A stretch of DNA of 64,000 nt from Amoebidium appalachense. Its lineage: Eukaryota; Protista; Ichthyosporea. The stretch's first letter is position 1. Every line of letters begins with the position of its first letter. The position numbers and the translations under genes are program-made. The stretch spans positions 1,341,989 through 1,405,988 of the forward strand of contig CAVNZM010000017.1 of NCBI GenBank assembly GCA_963693365.1, written 5' to 3'. Shown here one piece after another: positions 47,014 through 61,176 of this stretch. Below the pieces are notes generated by a model. The model made no database searches. It saw only the letters and a program-made list of their open reading frames with translations, and was not told the DNA's origin.

Positions 47014-47725
47014 AGGAAGCGGGGGAGGGGGGGGAGAGGATTAAATGCGCACACACCTCGAGGATTGTAGCGCGCTTGAGATGGCCGTTAGTGAAAGCAC
47101 CGTGCCAGTCATCGGCAGGTATGGCCTTGCGCTCAGAGTGGATGGCCTCCCCTACCGTCATCTGCAGAGGGGATGGGAATGGTGTTAGGCCTTCACTAGA
47201 ATACAAAGGGCACATTCATGAAGGACAACACAATAAGGAGTGCAAACCACACATAAAGAGTATGGAGTATAAGCAGAGCCCATCCTCGGGGGGGGGGGGA
47301 GGGGGGGGGGGGGGGGGGGGGGGGGCAAGGGGTGTGTGTGTGGGGTGGGGTGCGGTGGGGTGGGGAGGGGGTGATGTATGCGTTAGAGGACTGGAAATAT
47401 GGAGGAGACAACAGAGAGCAACAACAAAACGTCACAAACGTGGAAATCCAAAATCAAACAATCAAGCGTGCAGGCAGAAGACACTTGACCAGAGCACATC
47501 ATCAGGGGGGTTCCTATGCCTCCGGGAAGGGGGAAGGGGGAAAGGGTTAGTGGGTGGGTAGGTGGTGGTGGTTTTGGGGGGGGGGGGGGGGGGGGGGGGG
47601 GGGAGGTGTGAAGAATGTGTCAAGAGTCTCAAGTGCATGTTCACGGAAACACAATGTAGACAAAACAACGAAAGAGGATACGCAAATAGTATGTATCAAA
47701 GGTAAAAGCCCATACTCCCCGGCAG

Positions 47726-47763
<38 letters not shown>

Positions 47764-48039
47764 GTGTGTGGTGTTGGTGGTGGTGGTGGTAGGCAGGGGG
47801 GGGAGGGGGGTTTTGAATGCGTTAAAAAGTACGAAGTACACAAGAACAAACGGATAACACGATGCAGAATGCAAGCCATACATAAAGAGTATGCATAATA
47901 AGCAGAGCCCATCCTCAGGGGGGGCCCAGGGGGTTAGAAGGCAAAAAACAAAACGAGTACAACTACACAGTAGGAAACACATGGCAGGACACATGCATAT
48001 CATCAACATGTAGAATGCAACGTAACAACCAGGAGACTT

Positions 48040-48079
<40 letters not shown>

Positions 48080-48910
48080 TGAGGGATTTATCTAAGATAT
48101 ATGTTTTTACCTGTAGGCCTGTGGACTGAAACTCGTACGTGGGTGCTGTAGCAGCCATTGCAGTGTCGACATACTTCTTGGGCACACGTATACCCTGGCT
48201 GAAGGCAACGTGCGACAGATCACGTGAATCGTCACGCAGAATCACACACGCCATGTCATACCTGGACCAATGGAAAATGGAAATGTTAACCTCTTGAGGA
48301 CCGTAAATTTCACGAGATCGACATCTAGTCAACTGACATCGACATGAGTCAGTTTGTATCTAATGTGAGCATAAAGTTGATAGGAACTAGCCAGATAAAA
48401 GTAGCACGGGGTTAGATTATACACTTATCCTTCGTCTTATGCAAAGAAAAATTGAACTTTTCTCTAATAACGATACTTTGTATATGGGGTAACTACATAG
48501 GGTGTTTGCCGGCTTGACGAGTCGATGACGACATCGAAATGCTGTCAATGCCATCTTCTGATTGGACCATTGTGAAAATGGCTCAAAATGGCAAAACACG
48601 ATTGGCCGGCTCAGTCGACGTACGATGGCAACTCAAGATTTTCTCAAAATCTCGAAAGTCACTTCAGAAACAGATATAAAAGTATACGAATTAACGATAT
48701 TTCCCCCTGACCATCTTAGTAAAGTTTGTAGGTAAGACATATATTTGTCGGCCTATGCAATTTATTTGAGCTTTTTCTATCGATTTTGAGCTGCAATGAA
48801 GTTGTTTAGGTCCCAACCGGGACCCGGTAGAATCAATTAGGCCGGTCCTCAACAGGTTAAAGAAGAGGGAGAAACTGTACTTCCCTTCCTCTCTTCCTGC
48901 TTCTATCTGA

Positions 48911-48943
<33 letters not shown>

Positions 48944-48948
48944 ACCCC

Positions 48949-48979
<31 letters not shown>

Positions 48980-49865
48980 CCTTCCACCTCGTCACAATCA
49001 CCAAATCATGCCTGGAGTGGCTATGACCCCTCCCCCCCCCCCCCCCCCCCTCCAAGCCACCCCCCCCCCCCCCCCCCTTCCCCCCCGCCCTTCCTTTTTA
49101 AGGTTTCACTGCCTTCTTGCCGCACACAACCACATGATCACATATCACAATCACTGCCAACAACAACACAAAGAAACCAGCAACCAAAAAAAAAAAATTC
49201 AATACAAACACACCAATCCAATCGAACAAAAGAAATGGGCCTCAGGAACGCTCAGCTCCCTCCAGTGCAGGTCTATACCCACCACCAGATACAGACCAAA
49301 CACATTTCAAACACATACCAGACACATACAACAACATGCGCGCAACAAGGCACACCAATCGCCATCTCCCAAAATTGCAACTTCCTCCTGCTCCCCCCCC
49401 GCCCCCCCCCCCCCCCCCCCCCCCCCGGCCCCCCTCCCCCACCACCACCCAAAAATAAAAAATAAAAAAAAAAAAATAAAAACCACACCCACACCCATCC
49501 ACACACACACACACACCCCACCACCACCAATATCAGAACAATATCAAATGGGCTGAACTCAGGTGAGCAACGGATTCTTCAACACTCAAAAAAAGAAAAG
49601 AAAGGGGAAAAAAAAACAAATAAGAAGGGAGGAACGAAAAAAATACATACCAGTTGCCCTCGATCTCGGCAATGAAGTTTTCAATACTGATAACAAGAGA
49701 CCCCTCAAGGTCCACAGTGCCCAGAGCTTTGGTGTTGATCAGGCGGTTCTGTTTGTGTTAGGTTATAGTTTAGTTTATATCCGAAGTGTAAAATACCACT
49801 CAAGTGACAGAAGTTAAAACATCCCCGGCCTTCTCCTCCGCCTACCGCCCACACCGTGACGCACG

Positions 49866-49929
<64 letters not shown>

Positions 49930-51000
49930 CACACCTCCTTCATCCTCCGTCTCTTCCGCCACCGCCTCTTGCCTTCACGCTCCTTTCTCCTCCCATGCTC
50001 CTAAAAGCCCTCACTCATAACCCCCCTCCCTCCCTTCCCTCCCTCCCCCCTCTCCCCCCCTCTTCCCCCCCCCCCCCGTTTCAAAAGAAAAGAAAAGAAA
50101 AAAGAAGAAGAAGAAGAAGAAGAAGAAAAGGAGAAGAAGAGGGAAAGAAAAAACCTAATAATCGGTTTTTCTGTTGTTTAAGAAGAAAAACCGGATATTA
50201 ATCAATCTTCTGTTCATTATTGAAAGAAAAATTTATAATGATCAATCTTTCTGTTGCTTACCTCAGCCCCTCTCTGGCCAGCAGCAAAACCCACGGGTTG
50301 ATTTGCCACACCGGAGGGAGCATTGACCCCCGACACAGACACGTCAGACACGGGGAAGACGGTGGCTACAGCACCCTGCACCGCCATGATCTTGGACGGC
50401 TGAACGGACGTTACGATCACCTGTGTGTACGTGTGTGTACGTGTGTGAGCGTGTGTATGTGAGGATGTGTGTGTACGTGAGTGGATGTGTGTGTGTATGT
50501 GAGGATGTGTGTGTACGTGAGTGGATGTGTGTGTGTATGTGAGGATGTGTGTGTACGTGAGTGGATGTGTGTGTGTATGTGAGGATGTGTGTGTACGTGA
50601 GTGGATGTGTGTGTGTATGTGAGGATGTGTGTGTACGTGAGTGGATGTGTGTGTGTATGTGAGGATGTGTGTGTACGTGAGTGGATGTGTGTGTGTATGT
50701 GGGTGGGTGTGTGGGTGTGTGGGTGGATGTGTGTATGTGAGGATGTGTTTGTACGTGAGTGGATGTGTGTGTGTATGTGAGGATGTGTGTGTGTACGTGC
50801 GTGGATGTGTGTGTGGATGTGGGTGGATGTGTGGGTGTGTGGGTGGATGTGTGGGTGTGTGCGGGTGTGTAAAGGTGTATGTGCACGGGTGTGAGCGTGT
50901 GAGTGTGTGTACGGGCGTCTACGTGTGTCGATGTGCATAAATGTGTGTGAACATGTACGTGTGTCTGTGTGTACGCAGGTGTGTATGTGTGGGTGGGTGG

Positions 51001-51041
<41 letters not shown>

Positions 51042-52075
51042 ATGTGTGGGGGCGGGAGGGAGAGGATTGCTGTGTGATTGTGTGTGTGGCAAGAATGGTG
51101 GTGGTTGGGCAAGCCATCCCCACGGGGTAACAAGGGGTAATGAGCAAGGGAAGGGGAGGAAGGGGGGGGGGGGATGAAAGAGGGTGAAAGGAGGAAAATG
51201 AAAGAAGCGAGAATGCAAGATAAAAAAAACCAGGAAAAAGGGCAGATCTGGTTAAACGGGTTTGGACGATGTGTGTGTGTGTGTATTGGGGGGGTGGGGG
51301 GTGGGATACTCCACACACACCCTACTAACCAACATGCCCCATACCACTTATCAAATTTTGACCACGAACAATTACTCACTAGCCTGGCCTCTAGTTTCCA
51401 TCACGTCCTCATTGCTCTGGTCCGGATTTGCCACCTCCCCCCTCCCTCCCCGCCCCCTCCCCCCACCCCCCTCCCCGCTCCCCCCTCCCCCCCTCCCCCC
51501 CCACCACCACCCACCCACCCACCCACCCACCCACATCCACAACACATGCCTAAGACCGGCAATCAGGTTCAGTAGAATTTCAACTTATTAGTGTCTTTCT
51601 TCCTTTTTCCTTTAAGCATACACTGTCATTCTGCGATGGTATATTTTTACCATCACTTTCTACCCAGCTCCATCTCCGTAACATCCCTCCCTCCCCTTCT
51701 TCTGCCCTCCCTGCCCGTCTCCCCTCCCCCAAACCCCCGCCCCTCTCCCTCTTTCCCTTGCCCACCGAAACCTCTCAACCCCCCCCCCCCCTCCCCCCCC
51801 CCCCCCTCTCCCCTCCCCCTCCCCCCCCCCCCCCCCCCGTCCCACATCCATATACTCGACCATGCCCAGGCTCCTTAGACACCCATTATTTAAAAAAAAT
51901 TAAAATAGCTTTAAAAAGTTTAATATTGTTTAGTTTGTTTATATTGTTTATTGCACCCATGAAAACACGGCACCTACCCACCTTCATCTCTGTCGGCGCA
52001 CCAACACCCCCCATGGGGTCAAATGCCTCCATAACGTGTTCAAGCCCTGTCACAGCCTTCGTGGCTAGACCCTTG

Positions 52076-52139
<64 letters not shown>

Positions 52140-53137
52140 AGTATGCATGAGTTGGGGCTAGCGGGTGGCTTTTGAATGTAAGTGTGTGTGTGAGTGTGTG
52201 AGCGTGTGTGTACGACAAACGGGGAGGGGGGGTGGGGGGGAGGGGGGTGCCCGGGGGGGAGGGGGGGGGGGGGGGGAGAAAGAAGGGCGGGTGTGTGTGT
52301 GCGAGGAGGGGCCTGAGCGAGAGGGAATCAAGGGGAGGTGGAGGTAAAAGCAAAACAGAAGAGCAGCGGAGCAAATGAAGGTAAAAGGACATCGTGCATG
52401 TGTTTTTCGGGTCGGGGGGGGGGGGGGGGGGGGGATGCGACATAGAGTATGAAGTACACATATTAAACAACAAGAAACACGATGCAGAGTGCTAACCACA
52501 CATTAAGAGTATGCATAATAAGCAGAGCCCCCGCTCAGGGGGGGCCCACGTTATCCACAGTACCCGAGATTCGACCCATTCACCTCGTCAACGAAACCCA
52601 ACTCAGATACTGTTTCACTTGAACATGGGTAGGTCACTCGTCCTGATCAGAGACGAAAAGGGTTACTCAAGCGAGCAGGCAACAGGGAAGAGCAGTGGAA
52701 ACGCCCTGGGTGGCGCCGGGGGGGGGGGGGGGGGGGGGGTAGGGAAGGAATGTATGCATGAGAGACTGTGACAAACAAGTTCACACAAGCACATACTTAG
52801 CTCGACTGCCTTGCCTACGGCCTGGCTCTGCTCTGCATCTTGCAGCAGTTTGGTGGCCTGCTGAGACACACTCGACCACACATTCCAGAACCCAGACACG
52901 AGGTCGGGCTGCTTGCTGTCCTCAACATCTGGGCAATGTTTGTGTGTGTGCGTGTGTGTGTGTGTAGGGGGGGGGGAGAAGAAGGGTGGAGGGGGGAGGG
53001 GGAAGGGGGGGAAGAGGAGGACAGAGGGTGGTGGGGAAGAGGGAGGGGGGGAGGGAGGGGGGAAGGGAGAGGGGGGAGGGGGAGAGTGAGGGTGGCAGGA
53101 AGGGAGGGTGGAAGGGGGGAAGGTGGGAGGGAGGGAG

Positions 53138-53210
<73 letters not shown>

Positions 53211-54503
53211 AGCGATAAAGAGAAAGCAGGCTGGGGAAAAGGCAGGCTGGCTGGGATAGGGTGTGGAGGATTGAAGGGGGAAGGGAAGAAAAAGGGGGGA
53301 AAAGATGGGGGAAGAGGGGGGGGGGAGGGGGGAGGGACGGGGGGGGAGAAGGGGGGCTGGGAGGAGGTAGGATGGGAGGAGGGAAGGAGATAGAGGCAGG
53401 CTGGAGGGGGGGGGGGGGGGGGTTGAGAATAAGGGGGAGAATTTGGGGCGGAGAGGAGAGGATCCGGATGGGAAAAGGTGGGAAAGGGTCGGGGGGCGGG
53501 GGGGGGGGGGTGTCAGACAGTGCAGTTGTTTGATAGGGGGCATATTGTGTCTAATTGTCACAGACAGTGGGTAAGCGGACGGGCAAGCAGGGACAGGGGC
53601 ATAGTGGAGGTGATGGTGGTGTTGAAGGGGGGGGGGGGGGGGGGGGGGGGGTAGTGGAAGTACTCGCAGGACCGCAGTGTGTGTGTTTGTCGAGCAATTT
53701 CGAAGGCCATCAAGTTCGTGTAATGAAGCTCAAAAGCCAGGTTTGTTTAGCAACATGCTTAACTGTTCAACAAAGCTCAATACAAAGCGACCCCTGCCAG
53801 TGGACCCAAGCGCCAAGAAGATTTCTACTCCATCTATCAAGATCCGATATTTCCCTCCCCCTCTCCACTATATTTCTCTCGTGCATAAACCCTGACATCC
53901 TTTAACCATCCCGTGTCCAGCAGTTCCCGTCGACCAGGCCGTTTCTGTCTATTCTCTACTATTCCTTTCTCAACTCAAACCCCCTCCACCAGGCTCCTTC
54001 TGTATTTTCCATTCCCCACCCCTTCCCTCTCCTCCTTCTCCCCTCCTTTTCCTCCGTCCCACACCTCCACAACCGCCAGCCGCTTCTCAAATAGTGCTTT
54101 ACGTCCCATTCCGCTTTCCCTCGACAACTAGCTTGTTTTTTTTTACAGCTATCATCCATCCCTCTTGTTCTGGAGTCAACCAAACCAACTAATATCTGCA
54201 CCGCACCCACCCCTGCCCACAGCTCCCTCCCTACAAGCCAATCTCGCTCAGTCTCATTTCGCCATAACGAACTGAACGTGTCGCCAAGATTACAGATTTT
54301 GAAACATCAACAGGAAACCATCGGGGCTTTTCACTGAAGCCTTTCTTACCTCTTTGTGGTTCCTCCCTCTCTGTGCTTGGTTGCTTGCCGGGGCTGGCAG
54401 GGGTGGGCCGTGAAGGCGTCTCTGTTGACTGAGTATTCGCTAGTGGGACTGTTTTCTTAACTTCGGTGTCCAGAGGGACCTCTGATTCATGTTCCTCCAT
54501 CAT
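46022..54503 (-). CDS. PRRC1: PRRC1-like protein with a C-terminal YjjX/ITPase-like (NTPase_I-T) domain
   Basis: Exons: 54503-54350, 52928-52797 (or -52819), 52076 (or 52071)-51982, 50420-50262, 49748-49651, 48261-48111, 47161-47057, 46117-46022. Motifs VIVTS..K, VANQPVGFAAG.RGAE.R, ISIENFIAE..WYD and TVGE..DWHGAFT match animal PRRC1 as recalled. Confidence 0.85.
46144..46395. mobile_element. hAT-like MITE
   Basis: 8-bp direct repeat GGTTAGCA at 46136-46143 and 46396-46403, TIR (T)AGCATGATGG...CCATTATGCT, and internal TTAGCCA/TGGCTAA/TGGCAGG repeats. Confidence 0.65.
47195..48030 (-). repeat. Head-to-tail cluster of intronic repeat family members
   Basis: Units at ~47195-47290, 47372-47514, ~47606-47730 (diverged), 47811-47928 and ~47934-48030. 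Shared terminus CAGAGC(C/A)CATC(C/A)TC(A)GGGGGG. Confidence 0.75.
48290..48856. mobile_element. piggyBac-type MITE
   Basis: TTAA|CCTCTTGAGGACCG...CGGTCCTCAACAGG|TTAA, with a 13/14 TIR match and CC...GG termini. Confidence 0.85.
50452..50800. repeat. 40 bp GT-rich minisatellite
   Basis: About 6 perfect copies of GTGTGTATGTGAGGATGTGTGTGTACGTGAGTGGATGTGT, followed by degenerate copies. Confidence 0.9.
52434..52548 (-). repeat. Intronic interspersed repeat, subfamily B
   Basis: ACACGATGCAGA..AAGAGTATGCATAATAAGCAGAGCCC..CTCAGGGGGGGCCC is shared with 47811-47928. Confidence 0.8.
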
Positions 54504-55424
54504 TTTCGATGTTGAAAAGCAAAAACTCACACGTTAGCAGGAGAACAGAAAACTTTGAAAAGTGAAAAATTTGAAGGGGCTCCGATGTTTATGTATGCGA
54601 TGCATCGAAACAGAACGATATCTGATTGGCTGCAAAAGACTCGATCCTTTTGATTGGCTCTCTACGCATTGTTGAATTTTGGCGGGATCAGCGGAGATTC
54701 AGCTCTCTGATCAGCTGCAGCTCGGAGTGCGGCAGCGGTCGGAGCGGACTCCGGTCGCTGCCGCTGGTTAGCCTGTTGGGCAGTGGGCCAGTTGGCGCCC
54801 CAGCTGCTGCTGGGCAACCCACCTGCCATCTATGTAACATGTGTATGTACGAGATAGATAGAAGATACGAGGTACGAGAAGATAGAAAAAAAGTAATGCG
54901 TGGGGCGGAACGAGGGCCAGCAAGGCCCAGCACTCGCTGAGCGACGCTAATTCTGTGCCGCACTCAGGACTGGGCTCTGCGACGAGGAGATCACTATGCA
55001 GCTGCATGCGCACAGGTACATGAAGAACTATTATGTAACTCAAATCGTTTTTACCAACTAGGCCTCGAGCAGCTCGACTCGCCTGCAGCTGTACATGTGT
55101 CCACTCTGCACAGATCCATATATATACATGAGATATTCATGCGTGCCGCCTGGTTCCGCAGCCGGAACCCCGCCATCCAACATGCTCGAGCATGCGCTGC
55201 ATGATTCATCATAATCAAAGTCCCCAACACTATGATTTTGTGCCGCTGCAGCTGTGCTGAGTGCGCATATTACCACGGCTTATAACCCAGCTGGCCCGAC
55301 GCCAGCCGTGCACGTGGCGCCCACACGCATATCAATGTATATATGCATGCGCATGGATGGTGCTATCAGCTGTGCGCACGCTCAAACCCTCCCCCCCCCC
55401 CCCCCCCTCCCTCCCCCCTCCCCT

Positions 55425-55456
<32 letters not shown>

Positions 55457-57000
55457 ATCTTTACTAAGTACGCCGTGGTTTGAACCTGCATTTTTTTAGC
55501 ACGAGTACTTAGATATATGTACGCCCCCGCGGCGCCGGATCCATATGGTCAGGCCTGCCCTGAGTGAGTCGCACACAGACGCGTACAAGCTGGCCGTAGG
55601 CGTGCCCGCCACTTTAGGCACAACCAGAAAGTTTTTAAATGATGCAGTCACTCCATTTTGCCACTTATATGGACTGGCTTCGAATATTCAACACAAAGTT
55701 TATGCTAGAGCTGATGCACATGCTTGATGGCTCGATGGGAACTGGTCATAGGATCTCCGAGCTGCTTACTTTTATACCCACACGGTATGGCGCGAGCGCA
55801 TGCCTGGGCAGCAAGCATGCCAAGAAAATGCTTCTGTGAAAGCTCTTAACAACGAACCGTCTGTTTACAATAAACGTTAAGTTGATTTTTTATAAAATTA
55901 ATAGTCGTAAAAAGCCAAAAATCAGGTAGCTAAATAGTTCTACGTCACATTCCTTCCGCACTTAAGTGATTGGTTGCAACAGCAAGCAGCTTATCATTGG
56001 ATAACATAAATTTTCTATTAATTTTGATTGGATGTGCTGTGACAAGGCTCAGTTATTGCCTTTGTGAACGGTGATGGCTCAAGAAAATTGCGAAAAGTTC
56101 ATTTCAGCGTAACAAGCCCCATTTTTCAAATTTTGAGCCGGTAAAGATACCCCAACGTTACTAACTTACGCAATTAATTTGCAGACTTTGTTGAATGACA
56201 AATATCAGTTCTGACTTGATGCCATCCAGCTGTGTACAGCTCAGGGTAGGCGCCTGTGTGTCACAATGAGTGACGGGCATTCATACTCGAAAGGTTGCAT
56301 TGACAATTATAAATAGGTTTTACATATAGTGCCAGTGTGAAATCACTTACACATTCAGGCCTAGAGCATTACTTCTTTCAACGCAAGTGCTAATAAGCTG
56401 TTGATTACTGGACTCCAGAGCTCAAACGGATAGGTACCGGTGTTTTAACGGTTGACCCGCCGCGACAGCTTTCTTTCGCAGCTTTTCTAAAGCACACACA
56501 GTCACAGTCTTTTTTCTGAACCAAACCTATGTTACCGCAACTGAAGGCATAGCAGAGATTTTTTTGTAGTTGCTTCCTGGTTCTTTCACATGCGCAGTGT
56601 ATATTGGTAAAGCCGAATCCCTTTGCTGCAGTGTTTGTCCTTTAGTTCAACGAACCTTTTACCTTTGACATCCGACTCCAAAATTCCCCCTTAGACATCG
56701 AACTTTTCGTGGAAAAGTAAATATAAAGCCCGCTGGCACGAGTGCGAAGGCAACACACGTAAGTAAACGCACACCTTCATACACCGTCCATTTACAATCA
56801 CAGACATTTTGCATAACACCTGCGTCGTTCATGGACCTCGCTCACACGGACGCACGGACTACAACGAGCGCGCACAAGTACACACCATGAGGCAATATGA
56901 TGCGTGGTGTGTCGCATACACACACGCCCGCGCGCGCACACACACGCACACACACGTGCACGTACACGCACGCACACACCCACGTGTGTGTGTGCGCGCG

Positions 57001-57034
<34 letters not shown>

Positions 57035-57081
57035 ATCACGCACGGACACAATACACATACACACACACACACACACACAAG

Positions 57082-57138
<57 letters not shown>

Positions 57139-57480
57139 ACGTGCACACACACATACACACACACACACACACACATGCACACACAAAACACTTGACGCAG
57201 TCACACATGCATGTGCACCGTCATACACGCCGCCTGGCCGCCCCATATATACATGTACAAACACGAGTGGGTATTCCTCGGTACATGCAAAGCATGCACA
57301 CCCCGGCACACACACAAAGTAACTGAAGCTTGCCCACACAAATTTGAGAGACACCCATACAGAAACACGTGCACAGCAACACCCTCTAGTATGAAGCACA
57401 TAGGCACACACGCAAACCCACACACATGCACAAGCGTGCCATAGCACACACACACACACACATACACACAACACACACAT

Positions 57481-57528
<48 letters not shown>

Positions 57529-57882
57529 ACACACACGCACGCACGCATACACACACACACACGTGCGCGCGCGCGCGCGCGTTCACACGTGTGTGCACAT
57601 ACACGGACACACACACACACGGGCGCGCGCACACACACAAACAAACACGCACACACACACACATGTACACGCACACATACTCTGGCACATTCACAACGCC
57701 TACGTGGCTGTAGTCGCACACACGTCCCTATGTTGAGGACAGTGCACACACAAAGAACGGTTTGTTGCTGAGGAAGCACTAAACAGTCTTCAGCGGAGCA
57801 AGCGAGTCAGTCGCTCAAATCATGGAATAACTGCCTATCAGCATGGTGACTCACACTTGCACCTTTTTTCTTTTTCTTTCTA

Positions 57883-57923
<41 letters not shown>

Positions 57924-57948
57924 CAGCCACGGGGTGACAGGCTCCAAA

Positions 57949-58986
57949 ATGGGCCTTCTGGCCTTTTTTCAGTTGCTGGCGCTAGCCGATTTGACTCTAG
58001 GTAAGGGTTCCGGGAATCTACCCCCCCCCCCCCCCCCTTTACTCCCCAACTCACCCGTTAAGTTTTCCTGACACACCATACATTTGTCCCAACCCCCCAA
58101 CCCCCCCCCCCCCCCCCCCCCCGCCCTCCCCGCCCCAAACCCCACCCCCACACCATCCCCACCTCCCCCTAGCCCCTTTTTTTGGGCCCTCCAGTCTCTA
58201 GCCTCTTCCCCGCTCGATCAATACAAATATTAAACTTCACCCATGTCCCCTTACCCCACCATTCCACCTCTATTACACGCAGAGAACTACGGAAAAATTT
58301 CATATCCAACAGATAACGGTCGATAATCGGGGCTGACACACGTGCGTGACACCCATATGCTGTGCACACGCACACAAAAACACACAAAGACGCTCAAAGA
58401 CACACATACATGACAGACTTGCACACAAGAGGAGCACAGACACGCAAACCAGTCCATCTCCTCTCTCCCCCCCCTCCTTCCCTCCCCCCCCCCCCCCCCC
58501 CCCATGTGTCCTGCACCATGCTTCTCGTCGTGTACGCGTACTTCGTACCGTGTTCCGCGTTCAAACCCCCCCCCACCCCCCCCCCCGCCCCTCGGCCCAC
58601 ACATTCTCAGTGCCTCCCCTACTTCATTAACCAATAAATGGGAAAAAACTCTTCGAGGTAAACCACAAATCACCCTTCCTCCAATCGCACATCTTTCTCC
58701 CCCCCCCCCCCCCCCCCCCCCCCCATTTTTTGATGTAAATCTCTTCTTGTGAATTCCACAGGTGCCACCCCACCATGGGGATCCAAGGGAGTGAGACAAG
58801 GGGCAAACCTGCTATCACGTGACGCTGTGCCGATTTCATTGGCTGCACATATGTCTGTGAGGCATATGATTGGCCAGAGATCAGTCCGGCAGGCAAATAT
58901 GGGATTGATGACTGGATCTGGTTGGTGACCTTTTATACTTTTATATGCATTTTTGGTGTTTTTTGGTGTCTTTGTCGTGTTTTTTT

Positions 58987-59021
<35 letters not shown>

Positions 59022-60268
59022 TGTGTGTGTGTTTGAGTGTCTTTTTGATGTCTTTTTGGTGCCTTTTCAATGTGTCTCCGTGTATTTTGTGTATTTATGA
59101 TGGGTTTTTGGGTCTGGGCAGGTTGTTATGTGTTATGCTGTTATCTGTTGTGGTGTCGTGGACGCGAGAGGAAGGAATGTGTGAAAAGGGACAGAAGGAG
59201 CGGGGCCGGGAGAGGGGAGAGGGGGGGGGGGGGGGGGGGGGATGCACAATCTGCCACATGCCCAGCGATTTTGTGGGTGACGGTTGATTGTTCAAGTATA
59301 TGATACTGCAGAACGACGGATGTGTATGTTTTCTGAAATAGTACAAATGTTTGTGTGTTCTTGATACATGCAGTGTAAACGTGCGTGTTTTATTGCGGGA
59401 CGGGTGGTGAAAAGCTAAACTCTTTCTCCCGCCGTACTTGTTTTCAAGAGAGAGTGTGCAGTGTGTAATGAATTAAGATTGCTCGATGAAGTTTCAACCA
59501 CTCATCCACTGACCAAATTAAACTTTTTTAGGTATCGCGCAATGCGCCCCCGAAGCTCTTGCAGCAGTCCACGACGAATCAGCAGACACGGTTACTTGCC
59601 ATACGGAGCTGGGATCACTCATGTCTCAGATGGGTGCAATCAGTGAAAGTGCAACCGTTACTTTTCTGAAGAGTTTTGTCGTCGCCAGCCCGATTACAAT
59701 ACCAACGGGAGCCTATACAGGTGAGTGTGTGGGGGGTAGAGACTCACCAAAAGCTTCAATATATTTTGTTTTCGTTACAATACTTGGGGACTCGGGGATG
59801 TATAGTTGCGTTTTGAAGCAGTGTCAGTTATTGTATTCAAATACAATGTGTTGAATTTTACCGTTGCTAACACAACCACTTGCACAAGGGGTGTATAAAC
59901 ACCTTGCGGGGTTAATTTAGCAGTGGGAGAGCATTGGTATATTCTTTTAGCAAGAATAAATGGTTAAAGGGGGGCGGGGGGGGGGGAGGGGGGAGGGTTC
60001 ATCTTGTGCGAATGTTGCATCAACGGTAATTATTGCTTATATGTGTGATTGCTTGAGGGTTTTCCTAATCATCAACCAATCACATTTCTGCAGGGGACCG
60101 GCAGCTAAAAATAACCTCCAATGGCAAGGCCCAGCTCACGTGTGACTCTGGAATGCAACAAGTGTTTGTCTTTACCGGACCAGTAGGAAACGTTGCAATC
60201 ACAAACCTCACTCTCAGTAGCTGCACTGGTAACATCACCCCCCCCCTCCCCCCCCCCCCCCCCCTTCA

Positions 60269-60365
<97 letters not shown>

Positions 60366-61120
60366 CCCCCTCCATTCATGCCCTTCTCTCCTCCTCTCTC
60401 TCCTCCCCCTTCCCCCCCCCCCCCCCCCCCCCCCCCCCCAACTCCTCCACCCACCTTCTCCGGCTTACTCCCTTTTCTCCATCCTGATGACGGGTTCTGT
60501 CCAGGCCTCTCCTGTCTGTACATTTTTCTTTTATGTTTCTGATTCGTGTTTTTGTTTTTTTGTTTTTTGGAAGAAAGGGGGAGGGAGGGGGGGAGGGAGG
60601 GGGTGATGTCTCTCTTCCACCTCCCCTATGCTTGGCCGTTACTAGCCACTTTCCCTCCCTTCCCCCTCCCTTCAAGAAAACTTTGAAACAAAGTAAAAAA
60701 GTCAAAAAATAGATGCTGGATTAACTCAAGTCAATTACCTTCAACCCCAACTGATCTCAGGCACTGCGATTGGGGCTGTGAGTGACAACCAGGAGAACTG
60801 CAATGTTCAAATTTTGGATTTGAATTTCGAGAAAAACAACAACCTGGACGGAACCTATGCCGCTGGCCCACTGGTATCGGTGGACAACTGCAATTCGCTT
60901 CAGATTTCCGGTTGCAAATTTACCGGAAACGACAGGCGTACAGAGAAGGTAATGAGTACGGATGTAATCATCATGTTCATATGCACTTTCAAATCCTGGC
61001 CCTTCAACGCACGCACGCACACACGCACGCACGCACGTACACACATACACACGCACATACACACACGCGCGCACACACACACGCACACACACGCACACAC
61101 AAGCACACACGGGCGCGCGT

Positions 61121-61176
<56 letters not shown>

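Noticed and set aside
47895-47928. Hammerhead ribozyme in the repeat-family terminus (CUGAGGA/CUGAUGA followed by a small stem)
   Set aside because: No GAAA core after stem II in any copy examined, so a ribozyme is not supported.
58816-58842. Another CACGTG/ATTGG pair
   Set aside because: The spacer is 16 nt rather than 18, and it lies within a predicted coding exon.
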